A DNA stretch of 33,352 nt, from NCBI GenBank assembly GCA_037442185.1, contig JBBIQU010000002.1, forward strand, positions 29,538 through 62,889, written 5' to 3'. How positions within the stretch are numbered: position 1 is the stretch's first letter; each line of letters starts with the position of its first letter. Shown piece after piece: positions 19,254-28,198 of this stretch. This DNA comes from Chthonomonadales bacterium (GTDB taxonomy: Bacteria > Armatimonadota > Chthonomonadetes > Chthonomonadales > CAJBBX01). Position numbers and translations under genes: made by a program. The notes below the pieces were generated by a model that saw only the letters and a program-made list of their open reading frames with translations, did not search any database and was not told where the DNA came from.

Positions 19254-19727
19254 ATGAGCGAACCAACCCAGACCGATAACGGCAGCGCTCCCCTTACAGC
19301 GACGATGGAGGATTACCTCGAGGGAATCTTCCGGCTGTCCAAGGACCGGCGCGTGGTCCGCATGCGCGACATTGCCGGCATGCTCGGCGTCACCCCTTCG
19401 ACGGCAACCACCACCGTCCAGAGCCTGGCCCGGCGAGGTCTGCTCAGCCACGAGAAGTACGAGGACGTGGTGCTCACCAAGGCCGGGCAAGAGATCGCCG
19501 AGGATGTCTTGCGCAGGCATATGGAGATCCGCTCGTTCCTCGAAGACGTTCTGCTGCTGGATCCGGATACGGCGGAAGATGACGCGTGCCGCATGGAGCA
19601 CGGCATCAGCGAGCTCACGCTCAACCGACTTCGGTGGTTCGCGGCTGCGCTGCGAGGGTGCGGCAACAGCCGGATGGGCTGCATGCGCGCATTCAGAGAC
19701 CAGGTGAACGGCAGTTCGGAGTCGTGA
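19254..19727 (+). CDS. DtxR/MntR family metal-dependent transcriptional repressor
   Basis: MEDYLEGIF, HTH DIAGMLGVTPSTAT, AEDDACRMEHGIS. Confidence 0.93.
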   Translation: MSEPTQTDNGSAPLTATMEDYLEGIFRLSKDRRVVRMRDIAGMLGVTPSTATTTVQSLARRGLLSHEKYEDVVLTKAGQEIAEDVLRRHMEIRSFLEDVLLLDPDTAEDDACRMEHGISELTLNRLRWFAAALRGCGNSRMGCMRAFRDQVNGSSES

Positions 19728-19758
19728 GTTCGGATCGGTGAGCGACAAGGGCGAAGCG

Positions 19759-20001
19759 ATGGGTGATGCGAGGGTGCCCTTGTCCGAGGCCCCGACCGGG
19801 CGAACTCTGCGGGTCGAGGCGGTTCAAGGGGGGCACGGCTTGGTCATGCGCCTCGCCGGACTGGGCCTGACTGTCGGGAGCGACGTTCGCAGTCTCATCA
19901 ACAATGGCCGCGGGCCTGTTCTGATCGTGGTCAGGCACACGCGACTGGCGCTGGGGCGCGGGCTGGCGTCCAGGATCATGGTATCGCAACCAGAGGACTG
20001 A
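19759..20001 (+). CDS. feoA: Ferrous iron transport protein A
   Basis: [35 protein letters not shown]; alternative GTG start at 19738. Confidence 0.92.
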   Translation: MGDARVPLSEAPTGRTLRVEAVQGGHGLVMRLAGLGLTVGSDVRSLINNGRGPVLIVVRHTRLALGRGLASRIMVSQPED

Positions 20002-20002
20002 T

Positions 20003-22123
20003 GTGACGAGGACCGTTGCGCCGGAATCGAACAGGATCGCGGGTCCTGCCGTGCCGACGTCGGCATCGGATCCTGCCCTGCAGACGCGAGCCCTTACGGT
20101 CGCACTTGCGGGCAACCCGAACTCGGGCAAGACCTCCATCTTCAATGCCCTTACCGGCGCCAATCAGCGCGTGGGCAACTGGCCTGGAGTGACCGTCGAG
20201 CGCAAAGAGGGCTTTCGAGCGGCGACCGAGGGGGGCGCGCATCGCACCCCGTCCCGCGCCAGGATTGTGGACCTTCCCGGCACCTACAGCCTCACCGCTG
20301 CATCGCCCGACGAGCGCATCGCGCGAGACTTCATCTTGCACGGCGACAGTGACCTTGTCATCGCCGTCGTGGATGCGGCCAATCTCGAGCGCAACCTCTA
20401 TCTGGTCCTCCAGCTCATTGAGATCGGCAAGCCGCTCGTCATCGCCCTCAATATGGTTGACATAGCCGAGGCGCTCGGCATCAGCATAGAAGTCGAAAAG
20501 CTCTCGCAGCTGCTCGGCGTGCCCGTTGCGCCCACTTGCGCCAACGTCGGCAAGGGCATAGCCGAGCTGTGGGATGCGGCCATGCAGGCTGCGCGGGATC
20601 CCTGGGAACCGAGACGACTGTCGTACGGTCGTCAGGTTGATGAGGCCATCGAACATGTTCGCGAGCGCGTCGCGGCCGAGCCCGAACTGGTACGCACTCA
20701 CCCTGCGACGTGGATGGCCGTGAGCCTGCTGTGCGGCGACGCCAGCCACATGCCCGACTCGCGTGAGGCCGATCCGCGCATGCAGGGCGTTCTCTCCGCA
20801 GCGCGGTCTGCCGCACGACATCTTCAGGACGTCACCGGCGACACGGCCGAGGCAGCGGTCATCCATGGCCGCTACGGAGCCATTGCGGGACTGATGCGCG
20901 AGGTCGCCACTCTCCCTGAGGACACGCGCGAGACCCCATCGGACCGCGCCGATCGTGTGTTGCTGCACAGGATCTGGGGCATGCCGATCCTGCTCGCGGC
21001 AGTTGCGCTGACCTTCCACCTGACATTCACGCTCGGCGACATCCCGAGCCGGTGGATCGAGATGGGCGCCGCCGCGCTCGGCGACTACGTTGCGACGCTC
21101 ATGCCTGCCGGCATGGTCCGGTCGCTGATCGTGGACGGCATCATCGGCGGAGTCGGCGGCGTCCTAGTGTTTCTGCCTCAGATCCTGATTCTGTTCGCGG
21201 TCATCGCGATTCTTGAGGACAGCGGCTACATGGCGCGCGCGGCCTTCCTGATGGATCGTACGATGCATCGGATGCGCCTGCACGGCAAGGCGTTCATCCC
21301 GATGGTGATGGGTTTCGGATGCAACGTTCCGGCCATCATGGCCACTCGCACCCTCGAGTCCCATCGTGATCGGCTTGTCACGATCATGGTGGCTCCGCTC
21401 ATGACCTGCAGCGCACGGCTGCCGGTCTATGCGCTGATCGCGGGAGCGCTGTTCGGGGTCTACGCCGGCCTTGCGATTGCGTCCATGTATGCGCTGGGCG
21501 TTCTGCTGGCCGCGATCATCGCCCGCGTCTTCCGCAGGCACGTCCTGAGCGGCGAGGAAGATCCGTTCGTCATGGAACTTCCACCCTACCATCGCCCGAC
21601 CTTCAGGGGGGTCATGATCCACACCTGGGAACGCGGAAGCCTCTTCCTGCAGAAGGCCGGAACGGTGATTCTTGCAGGTGCGGCGCTCATGTGGTTTCTG
21701 AGCGCGTTTCCGTGGGGAGTTGAGGTTGGCGGTCCCGAATCCTATGCGGGGCGGCTGGGGCGCATGACGGTGCCGGTTCTGAGACCGCTGGGGTTCGGTC
21801 CCAATGAAGGCGTCGCGCTGATCTCGGGCTTCGTGGCCAAGGAGATCGTCGTCTCGACACTGGGCGTGATCTACGGTCTTGGAGCCGAGGCCGACACTGC
21901 CGCGCTGGGCAAGGCCATTGCAGCCGGACCCATGACGCCCCTGTCGGGCTACGCGTTCATGGCATTCGTTCTGATCTACTCGCCGTGTCTGGCGACCATC
22001 GCGGCGATCAAGCGGGAGACCGGCTCCTGGAAGTGGGCGTTGGGAGCCATGGGATACCTGACGGCCCTTGCTTGGTTCGTCGCTTTCGTCATCTATCAGG
22101 GAGGACGATTGCTGGGGCTATAG
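20003..22123 (+). CDS. feoB: Ferrous iron transport protein B
   Basis: [63 protein letters not shown]. Confidence 0.97.
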   Translation: MTRTVAPESNRIAGPAVPTSASDPALQTRALTVALAGNPNSGKTSIFNALTGANQRVGNWPGVTVERKEGFRAATEGGAHRTPSRARIVDLPGTYSLTAASPDERIARDFILHGDSDLVIAVVDAANLERNLYLVLQLIEIGKPLVIALNMVDIAEALGISIEVEKLSQLLGVPVAPTCANVGKGIAELWDAAMQAARDPWEPRRLSYGRQVDEAIEHVRERVAAEPELVRTHPATWMAVSLLCGDASHMPDSREADPRMQGVLSAARSAARHLQDVTGDTAEAAVIHGRYGAIAGLMREVATLPEDTRETPSDRADRVLLHRIWGMPILLAAVALTFHLTFTLGDIPSRWIEMGAAALGDYVATLMPAGMVRSLIVDGIIGGVGGVLVFLPQILILFAVIAILEDSGYMARAAFLMDRTMHRMRLHGKAFIPMVMGFGCNVPAIMATRTLESHRDRLVTIMVAPLMTCSARLPVYALIAGALFGVYAGLAIASMYALGVLLAAIIARVFRRHVLSGEEDPFVMELPPYHRPTFRGVMIHTWERGSLFLQKAGTVILAGAALMWFLSAFPWGVEVGGPESYAGRLGRMTVPVLRPLGFGPNEGVALISGFVAKEIVVSTLGVIYGLGAEADTAALGKAIAAGPMTPLSGYAFMAFVLIYSPCLATIAAIKRETGSWKWALGAMGYLTALAWFVAFVIYQGGRLLGL

Positions 22124-22335
22124 GCACGCGCAAATCCAAAGCGCAAGCAGGCTGGAAAGCAAGTCGGGAAGCATCCGATGGACGCGTTCCCGGCCACCAG
22201 AGGCGATGCGCGGGTGGTGGAGCACCCGCGCATCTCAAGAGACGGACGGATGCCCGATCCCTTGCCGAAGGGCATCTTACCGTCTATCACGCCGCCCGTC
22301 AAGCATAACGGGCACAGGGCAGGAGGAGGTAAGCC

Positions 22336-23100
22336 ATGCCTTCACGTAAGGGTTTCACGCTCATCGAGCTGCTGACGGTGATCGCCGTCATCGCCGTCCT
22401 CGCAGCCATTCTGTTTCCCGTCTTCGCCGAAGCACGGGCGAAGGCAAGACAGACGGACTGCCTTTCAAACACGCGCCAGATAGGGTTGGCGATCGCCATG
22501 TACGTTCAGGACTACGAGCGCTATCCGATGCATTCGTCGAGCGCCTCGACTTCGCCCCGCACCCGCTGGCCCGACTACATCATGCCGTACACGCGCAACG
22601 AAGCGGTCTTCACATGCCGATCGGCATCGCTCGATGTCTTCTGCAAGCAATGGGCACATGCGCCGGCGCGGCTCTATGGAGGGTACGGGTACAACTACCA
22701 GTATCTCGGCAACTCACGGCTGGCGTGGACGGCAGCGGAAGCCGAGATAGCCGCGCCGGCAGACACTATCGTCGTCGCCGATACGAATGGTGTGCGGCGT
22801 GACGACGGATCGGTGGGAGGCGGCGAATACACCGTTGATCCTCCGTTGCCGAGCCTGCGCGGCAGCGGCAACGCGACGGGATACTACGGTTCAGGCTCGT
22901 CTTGCGGCTCGGGCGCCGATGGTCCCGGTCGCCATGGCTGTCGCTCGACGCCTGCCCGGCGCCATGCGGGGCTTACGGTTGTCGCGTATGCCGATGGGCA
23001 TGCCGCGTCGAGAAGCCTGTCGGCGCTCGACGACAGCAACGGCGACGGCGTGACCGACAACGGTTCCTGGAACGGGCTCGGAGATCCGAGCCGCCGATGA
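22336..23100 (+). CDS. Prepilin-type N-terminal cleavage/methylation, DUF1559 / H-X9-DG domain protein
   Basis: KG|FTLIELLTVIAVIAVLAAILFPVF; CLSNTRQIGLA; H-AGLTVVAYA-DG; strong AGGAGGAGGT RBS. Confidence 0.92.
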   Translation: MPSRKGFTLIELLTVIAVIAVLAAILFPVFAEARAKARQTDCLSNTRQIGLAIAMYVQDYERYPMHSSSASTSPRTRWPDYIMPYTRNEAVFTCRSASLDVFCKQWAHAPARLYGGYGYNYQYLGNSRLAWTAAEAEIAAPADTIVVADTNGVRRDDGSVGGGEYTVDPPLPSLRGSGNATGYYGSGSSCGSGADGPGRHGCRSTPARRHAGLTVVAYADGHAASRSLSALDDSNGDGVTDNGSWNGLGDPSRR

Positions 23101-23182
23101 CAGGTTGTGGCTTGTCCGATGGGCTGTCGTGGAATGGCGGAGCGGACAGACGCGTACTGATTAGGCGGTAACGACCGGCACC

Positions 23183-23395
23183 ATGACCATCGAGATCATC
23201 ATCGTCGGCGCGGCAGTGGCGCTCGCAGTGATAGTGCTTGGCCGCCACGTCCTCCGAGAGTCCCAGGGGCGTGGCGGCTCATGCGCCGACTGCTGCGAGC
23301 GCTGTACCCACCGCTCGCAGTGCTCTCTGATCACGATCAAGACCGGGGTCAACAAACGTGAGGCAACGGCGGATCAAGCCCCGGGAGATCGCTGA
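23183..23395 (+). CDS. FeoB-associated Cys-rich membrane protein
   Basis: N-terminal TM helix followed by GGSCADCCERC...C; downstream of feoB on the same strand. Confidence 0.75.
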   Translation: MTIEIIIVGAAVALAVIVLGRHVLRESQGRGGSCADCCERCTHRSQCSLITIKTGVNKREATADQAPGDR

Positions 23396-23450
23396 AGCCG
23401 CCTCACGCCTCGCCGCCAATGGCGCAGACACTTACGTAGCGCGGACAACA

Positions 23451-23514
23451 TCGTAGCGCAGGCGTCCTGCCTGCGTCTCGCGATTCCTTTGCAGCCGGGA
23501 CGGCTGCGCTACGA
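23451..23514. repeat. GTAG-type REP-like inverted doublet between convergent genes
   Basis: TCGTAGCGCAGGCGTCCTGCCTGC ... GCAGCCGGGACGGCTGCGCTACGA; the terminal 17 nt are inverted with 1 mismatch, and each half is itself a hairpin. Confidence 0.75.
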
Positions 23515-23563
23515 AGGGACGAGACGGCTGCGATGCGATTTGCCGACGGCGTGCGCGGAGCTG

Positions 23564-25831
23564 CTACCGCTTTCTCACGGCCACGATGCGTTCCACCGAT
23601 ATGGCGTTGCGTTGGTCCGGCTTGCCGTGCGGAAACGCGGGTCCCTCGAACTTGATGCGGGCGTGGACCTCGTGAAGGTCGCCGCCACCGTCGCTCAGGT
23701 CGCACTGAATGATCCAGCTCCAGAAGAACCACACGTAGTCCGCAGTGCCAACCTTGCACGCCGGCAGCCGATACCAGTGGTAGCCTGGACCCGGTATGGC
23801 CTCGGGCGCAATCCGGGCGCTGACAACTCCGCGCAGGCCGACTGTGTCGTACGTCCCCCACGGTATGGGCAGAGCGTATTTGGCCAGTTCCGCATCGGGG
23901 ATCTCGAAGCGCGAAGCGGTGCCGGTCTCGGCCTCGGCGTCCTGAACGACCCTGGCCTGGTCGGCGAAGTTGCGAAACGTCTCAGCGGCGTGGTCCTGGA
24001 CGGAACCTGCGGGAAGCCCGCGGAAGGGCTCGGGGAGGGGAAGATTCAGGCGCACTGCGGCCAGCGTCTCGATTTCGCGGCGCGCTGCGGCCCGTTCGGA
24101 TTCGCGCTTTGCCGGTGCAACGCGCCGGTCAATCTCAGTCAGCCATGTCTCCAGCGCTCGTCGGGCTACGGCGTCGCGATCCCACGGACACGATGCGGAC
24201 CCGAGTTGCGCGTTCAGTCGCCTTGCCAGCGCCAGCGTGGCGCGATCCAGCGACAGGCGCGCAACCCGGACGCGGTGGAGCATGTCGGGCTTGCCGGCAA
24301 CGGCGCGCTCCGCTCGGTCGAACAGCTCGTGCGCCCGGGCAACAAAGGAAGGCGTCAGATGGATGAAGCTGATCGGCCCGCTCCCCATGCCGATGAAGCT
24401 GCCCGCCTTCTCCTGCGCGGCCTGAAGTTCGGACAGGTATATCCGAATGACGGCGCCGGCTGCCCCGTAGTAGCCGTCCGTGAACTCCCGCAATGCGGCG
24501 GCGTAGTCGAGGTTGGGGTCCTCGAGGAACCGGGCCATCAGCCACAGCTTCAGATCGCGCATGTCGCCCGACATGCTGTACTCGTGTTCCGTGAAGACCC
24601 CTTCGACGTTGTGGTCGCGGTAGAACCGGAAGTCGAGCGGGTACGTCTGGGCGCTCGCAAAGGGCAGAACCGAGTGCGGGCAATAGGTCACGGCGTAATC
24701 CCAGATGCGCAGGCGCTTCGCTATGTTCGCCCAGGAGGTGATGTGATCCCGGAACGCCTTGTTGGCCGGATCGGTGATGGGGCGCGCGAAGTTGCTTCCG
24801 GTGTCGCAGAGCCGAATGATCACGTTGTCGCGCGGACGAACCGAGCGCGGCGGCTTCTGGGTCATGAAGTAGGCGAGCGTGTCTATGGCTACATCGGGAT
24901 AGTCGTTGCGGATGCCGTCAGCAAGGTAGTTGGCGAGGTCAATGTATGGCCCGGCATATCCGCCCTCGCGTTCAGCCGCTGCCTTACACTGCGCGCATTC
25001 GCAGAATCCTCCCCAGTCGTTCTGCGAGACGCTGTAGACCATAGAAGCCGGCGAGCCGGTCTTGGCAGCCTCGGCACGTGACTGTGCGATATAGGCACGC
25101 AGGCGCTCAAGCATGAGCCGCCGCACATCGGCATTGGTCGTGCATAGCTGCGCATTCTCGCCGGTTCGCTTGCCCCCGACCTCGGCAAAGTACTCGGGGT
25201 GAGACGCGAAGAACTCGCCGGGCGGCACGTAGTTGTAGAACGTATGGACGTGGTAGGGCGGTCCGTAGTCCATTGCGCCGCCGAGTTCGGCGCCAATCGG
25301 TCGGTCCCCGTTGCGGTTCAAGCGGTTGCGAGCGCACCATCGGTCGGCGCCCGGGTCCTCGACCATGTAGACATCGCGGTAGCGGAATGCGGGCTCGCCG
25401 CGCAGATTGAGACCTGTGAGCCTGGGGTTCCTGATGCGCGGCACCGTCTCGTCGCACGGCGTCCACCACCGCACTCCAAGCCGCTCCAGCAGATGCCATG
25501 CGGCGTAGAGCGTGCCGCGCGGCCGACCGCCCGTCACGACCAGGCCTCGCGGCGTGCTGCGAACAACCCACTCTTCGGCGCGCAGCGAGCCCGCGCGCAG
25601 ACCGGCGGCACTGGCCTGCGCCGTTGGTCCGACCCAGATCGCGTCGCGCCTCGATGATGCGCGGGTTTCCGGGATGACGGGCCACGCGCGGCCTGTCATC
25701 TTGCCCGGATAGGTTGACAGCTCCCGCGCGGCGGTAGTTTCGGCGGCCGTCGCACCTTCGGCCAGCGCGATCACACTCGGAGCCGCGTTGTGCGACATCG
25801 CCATCAAGACAAGTGCGGGCATCAGCATCAT
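23564..25831 (-). CDS. Secreted DUF4838 domain protein (GH-like, alpha-glucuronidase-N-type domain at N-terminus)
   Basis: GGRPRGTLYAAWHLLERLGVRWW, HPEYFAE, QLCTTN, SQNDWGGFCECAQC, TLAY, IWDY; signal peptide. Confidence 0.88.
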   Translation of the reverse strand: MMLMPALVLMAMSHNAAPSVIALAEGATAAETTAARELSTYPGKMTGRAWPVIPETRASSRRDAIWVGPTAQASAAGLRAGSLRAEEWVVRSTPRGLVVTGGRPRGTLYAAWHLLERLGVRWWTPCDETVPRIRNPRLTGLNLRGEPAFRYRDVYMVEDPGADRWCARNRLNRNGDRPIGAELGGAMDYGPPYHVHTFYNYVPPGEFFASHPEYFAEVGGKRTGENAQLCTTNADVRRLMLERLRAYIAQSRAEAAKTGSPASMVYSVSQNDWGGFCECAQCKAAAEREGGYAGPYIDLANYLADGIRNDYPDVAIDTLAYFMTQKPPRSVRPRDNVIIRLCDTGSNFARPITDPANKAFRDHITSWANIAKRLRIWDYAVTYCPHSVLPFASAQTYPLDFRFYRDHNVEGVFTEHEYSMSGDMRDLKLWLMARFLEDPNLDYAAALREFTDGYYGAAGAVIRIYLSELQAAQEKAGSFIGMGSGPISFIHLTPSFVARAHELFDRAERAVAGKPDMLHRVRVARLSLDRATLALARRLNAQLGSASCPWDRDAVARRALETWLTEIDRRVAPAKRESERAAARREIETLAAVRLNLPLPEPFRGLPAGSVQDHAAETFRNFADQARVVQDAEAETGTASRFEIPDAELAKYALPIPWGTYDTVGLRGVVSARIAPEAIPGPGYHWYRLPACKVGTADYVWFFWSWIIQCDLSDGGGDLHEVHARIKFEGPAFPHGKPDQRNAISVERIVAVRKR

Positions 25832-25920
25832 GATCGTCCTTCGGTCAATGGTCTGGTCTTAGCGCGAATGCGCCGCCTCGATCCTATACCAGTTCCACAT
25901 TGGGAATCAACCGAGCAAAC

Positions 25921-25950
25921 GAAAAACCGCCCCTCGTCTTGAGGGACGGC
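25921..25950 (-). terminator. Rho-independent terminator of tRNA operon
   Basis: Minus strand GCCGTCCCTC-AAGAC-GAGGGGCGG-TTTTTC, just after tRNA-Gly. Confidence 0.8.
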
Positions 25951-25959
25951 ATCACGGTT

Positions 25960-26034
25960 TGGAGCGGGAGACGGGTTTCGAACCCGCGACCTCCTCCTTG
26001 GCAAGGAGGCGCTCTACCACTGAGCTACTCCCGC
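25960..26034 (-). tRNA. tRNA-Gly(GCC)
   Basis: GCGGGAGTAGCTCAGTGGTAGAGCGCCTCCTTGCCAAGGAGGAGGTCGCGGGTTCGAAACCCGTCTCCCGCTCCA; CCA encoded. Confidence 0.97.
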
Positions 26035-26057
26035 ACGATGGGTGCGGCGAACTACCA

Positions 26058-26138
26058 TGGGCGAGAGGAGATTCGAACTCCTACACCTTTCGGCACTGGT
26101 TCCTAAGACCAGCGTGTCTGCCATTCCACCACTCGCCC
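26058..26138 (-). tRNA. tRNA-Leu(TAG)
   Basis: GGGCGAGTGGTGGAATGGCAGACACGCTGGTCTTAGGAACCAGTGCCGAAAGGTGTAGGAGTTCGAATCTCCTCTCGCCCA; long variable arm, CCA not encoded. Confidence 0.96.
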
Positions 26139-26172
26139 ACGAGGGAATGGCCGCCGTCCCCATGGTAGGAGC

Positions 26173-26203
26173 ATTATAGCACCCGCCTCGTTCAGGATGT
26201 CAA
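26173..26203 (-). promoter_or_regulatory. sigma70 promoter for tRNA-Leu/tRNA-Gly
   Basis: Minus strand TTGACA-19 nt-TATAAT, with extended -10 TGC-TATAAT. Confidence 0.75.
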
Positions 26204-26383
26204 GCGGCGCGCGAACGCGTCGGATGCCCGATGACCCACGTGCGAAGGCCCAGAATAACTGCCGTTCGGTCGCGCGGGAACGTGGCGGGCGGTTCGGCGC
26301 GTTGTCCTGGGCCTATGGGCGTGACGTGCCGTCGAGCCCGCGGAAGACCGCGCGGGGCCATTTGGATGCGTCGCGCCGTGCCG

Positions 26384-27484
26384 TCAGGGAATGGTGCGCG
26401 GGTCGCCGTATTTCCGGAAGAGCTCGCCCCATGGCGTCTTGAGTATCTCGGCAACGCGCTTCTTGCCCACGAAGGGGAACCAGTAGCCGTCGTGATAGGC
26501 GCGCGACGCAAGGAACGACCACGGCACAATCCAGGTCCGCAATAGAAGGTGTTCGAGAGGCTTAAGCGGTCCCCAGTAGATGAGCTTCTGGCCGCGGCTC
26601 GCGAATGTCTCCTGCTTCTCGTGGAAGTGCCAGTTCACCTCCGAGATATCGTCGCCGACGATCTCGATCTCCTTCGGATCACCTGCGCCCAGCCCGGCCT
26701 CATGCGCCAGCCGAATGAACTTGAATGACATGGGGTCGAAGCCCATGAGCTTGGCTTCGATGGCGTCAATGGCCACCTGATCGGCGCTCGCGAGGATCGT
26801 GTTCTTCACGTGGGGCATCATGGCCCGTGGTCCCGGACCGTCGCCCGCGATCGTGCCGTCCATGACGGCGAATAGCCCGGGGTGTATCTCCTTCTGGATT
26901 GCCAGGAGGTCCACCAGCGTCTCATGGATAACGGAATGGGTCCAGTGCCTGTTCTCGCGCAGCAAGCCGCCGAAGGCGTTCTTCATGGCGCCCGTGATGC
27001 CGGTGAATACGTGGGTCTTGGTGGTTGGCAGGTGGACAGCGTTCTTGCCGACGAACATGGAAGGGATAAGGATGCCCTCGGGAAACACCTTGTCGAGCAC
27101 GAGCATGCGTGTTCTGGGCTCGTACTTGATCCACTCGACGCCCGCCTCGTATAGATATGTGAACTCCATGCCGTGCTTCTTGACGACCGGCGCGAGATGG
27201 TTCCGCTCGGCGCCGACCTTCGGATCAACGACGACGGTGCGGTTCTGTGCCGGGATGAGGTTCCCGTAACCCTCGGCTTTGAGCTTGCGGATGACCGCGT
27301 CGAACTGCCACGCCGTCGTCGAGCAGCCCGGGAAGTAGTGATGCCACGATATGTTGATCTTCAGAAGCGTATCGCGATCGCGGGGCAACGCATCGGTCAA
27401 TCCGGCAAGGTCCATGAGACGCCCGTAATCCTCGATGACAGACTCGGGCGTGGTTGTCAGAACGGCTACCTTCGATCGCTGCAT
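26384..27484 (-). CDS. DUF362 domain protein
   Basis: LLKINISW, LPTTKTH..TGITGAMKNAFG, DGTIAGDGPGP, DQVAIDAIEAKLMGFDP; GGAGG RBS before ATG 27484. Confidence 0.9.
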   Translation of the reverse strand: MQRSKVAVLTTTPESVIEDYGRLMDLAGLTDALPRDRDTLLKINISWHHYFPGCSTTAWQFDAVIRKLKAEGYGNLIPAQNRTVVVDPKVGAERNHLAPVVKKHGMEFTYLYEAGVEWIKYEPRTRMLVLDKVFPEGILIPSMFVGKNAVHLPTTKTHVFTGITGAMKNAFGGLLRENRHWTHSVIHETLVDLLAIQKEIHPGLFAVMDGTIAGDGPGPRAMMPHVKNTILASADQVAIDAIEAKLMGFDPMSFKFIRLAHEAGLGAGDPKEIEIVGDDISEVNWHFHEKQETFASRGQKLIYWGPLKPLEHLLLRTWIVPWSFLASRAYHDGYWFPFVGKKRVAEILKTPWGELFRKYGDPRTIP

Positions 27485-27704
27485 TTCGCGAGTTCCTCCA
27501 CCTTTCGATACGGCGCTCCGCGCGTTCATTGCTACGATACCCCGACACGGCGGTCTGGATGAGGCGAAGGGCGCAACCTTTGGCTTATGCGCATCGAACG
27601 TAAGGTCGCGCTGCTGCGTAGAAGGGATTCGGGCGGCGGCCGGCGAAAGCATTGGAGCGCGGCGAAGTTGCCAGGCGCACCGTACCAAAGGAGATACCGA
27701 GGCA

Positions 27705-28166
27705 ATGGAGACTCTTGAGAGCTTACTGACCGAGAACCCTATGTTCCAGGACCTGGACGAGGAGACGCTTCAGACGATCCTGGGGTGTGTTTCCAACGTC
27801 CGCTTCGACGCCGGTCAGTTCATCTTCAAGGAAGGTGAGGATGCCAAGCGGTTCTATGTGATCCGGGAGGGCACCGTGGCGATTGAGGTCTTCCATCTGG
27901 AACGCGGAGCCATCCCCCTGCAGCATCTGGAGGCAGGCGAGATCGTCGGATGGTCGTGGCTCGTCGCTCCCTACAAGTGGCGGTTCGATGCGCGAGCGGT
28001 GACGCGCGTCCGGGCCTTCGCCCTCGACGGGGCGTGCCTGCGGGGCAAGTGCGCCGAGAATCCGCGCCTGGGCTACGAACTGCTGAAGCGCTTCGCGCGG
28101 GTCCTGGAAAGCCGCCTGCAGGCAACGCGGCGTCAGCTTGTCGAGGCGCACGCTCGGACGATCTAG
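27705..28166 (+). CDS. Stand-alone cyclic nucleotide-binding (Crp-like) domain protein
   Basis: IFKEGEDAKRFYVIREGTV, GEIVGWSWL..PY.WRFDARA; 153 aa, no HTH. Confidence 0.88.
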   Translation: METLESLLTENPMFQDLDEETLQTILGCVSNVRFDAGQFIFKEGEDAKRFYVIREGTVAIEVFHLERGAIPLQHLEAGEIVGWSWLVAPYKWRFDARAVTRVRAFALDGACLRGKCAENPRLGYELLKRFARVLESRLQATRRQLVEAHARTI

Positions 28167-28198
28167 CTTCCGAGCATGCGCCTGAGCGTTCGGTCCCT

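Noticed and set aside
22178-22375. 65-aa ORF between feoB and the pilin-like gene
   Set aside because: No motif, overlaps the next gene out of frame, and the region is better explained by hairpins.
25960-26138. tRNA as an integration site of an island
   Set aside because: No integrase, no duplicated tRNA 3' end seen, and an ordinary terminator follows directly.
26058-26138. tRNA-Leu lacks encoded CCA while its neighbour has it
   Set aside because: Common in many bacteria; CCA is added enzymatically.
26173-26203. 19-nt spacer as a MerR-type promoter
   Set aside because: No dyad in the spacer, and the extended -10 is sufficient for a tRNA promoter.
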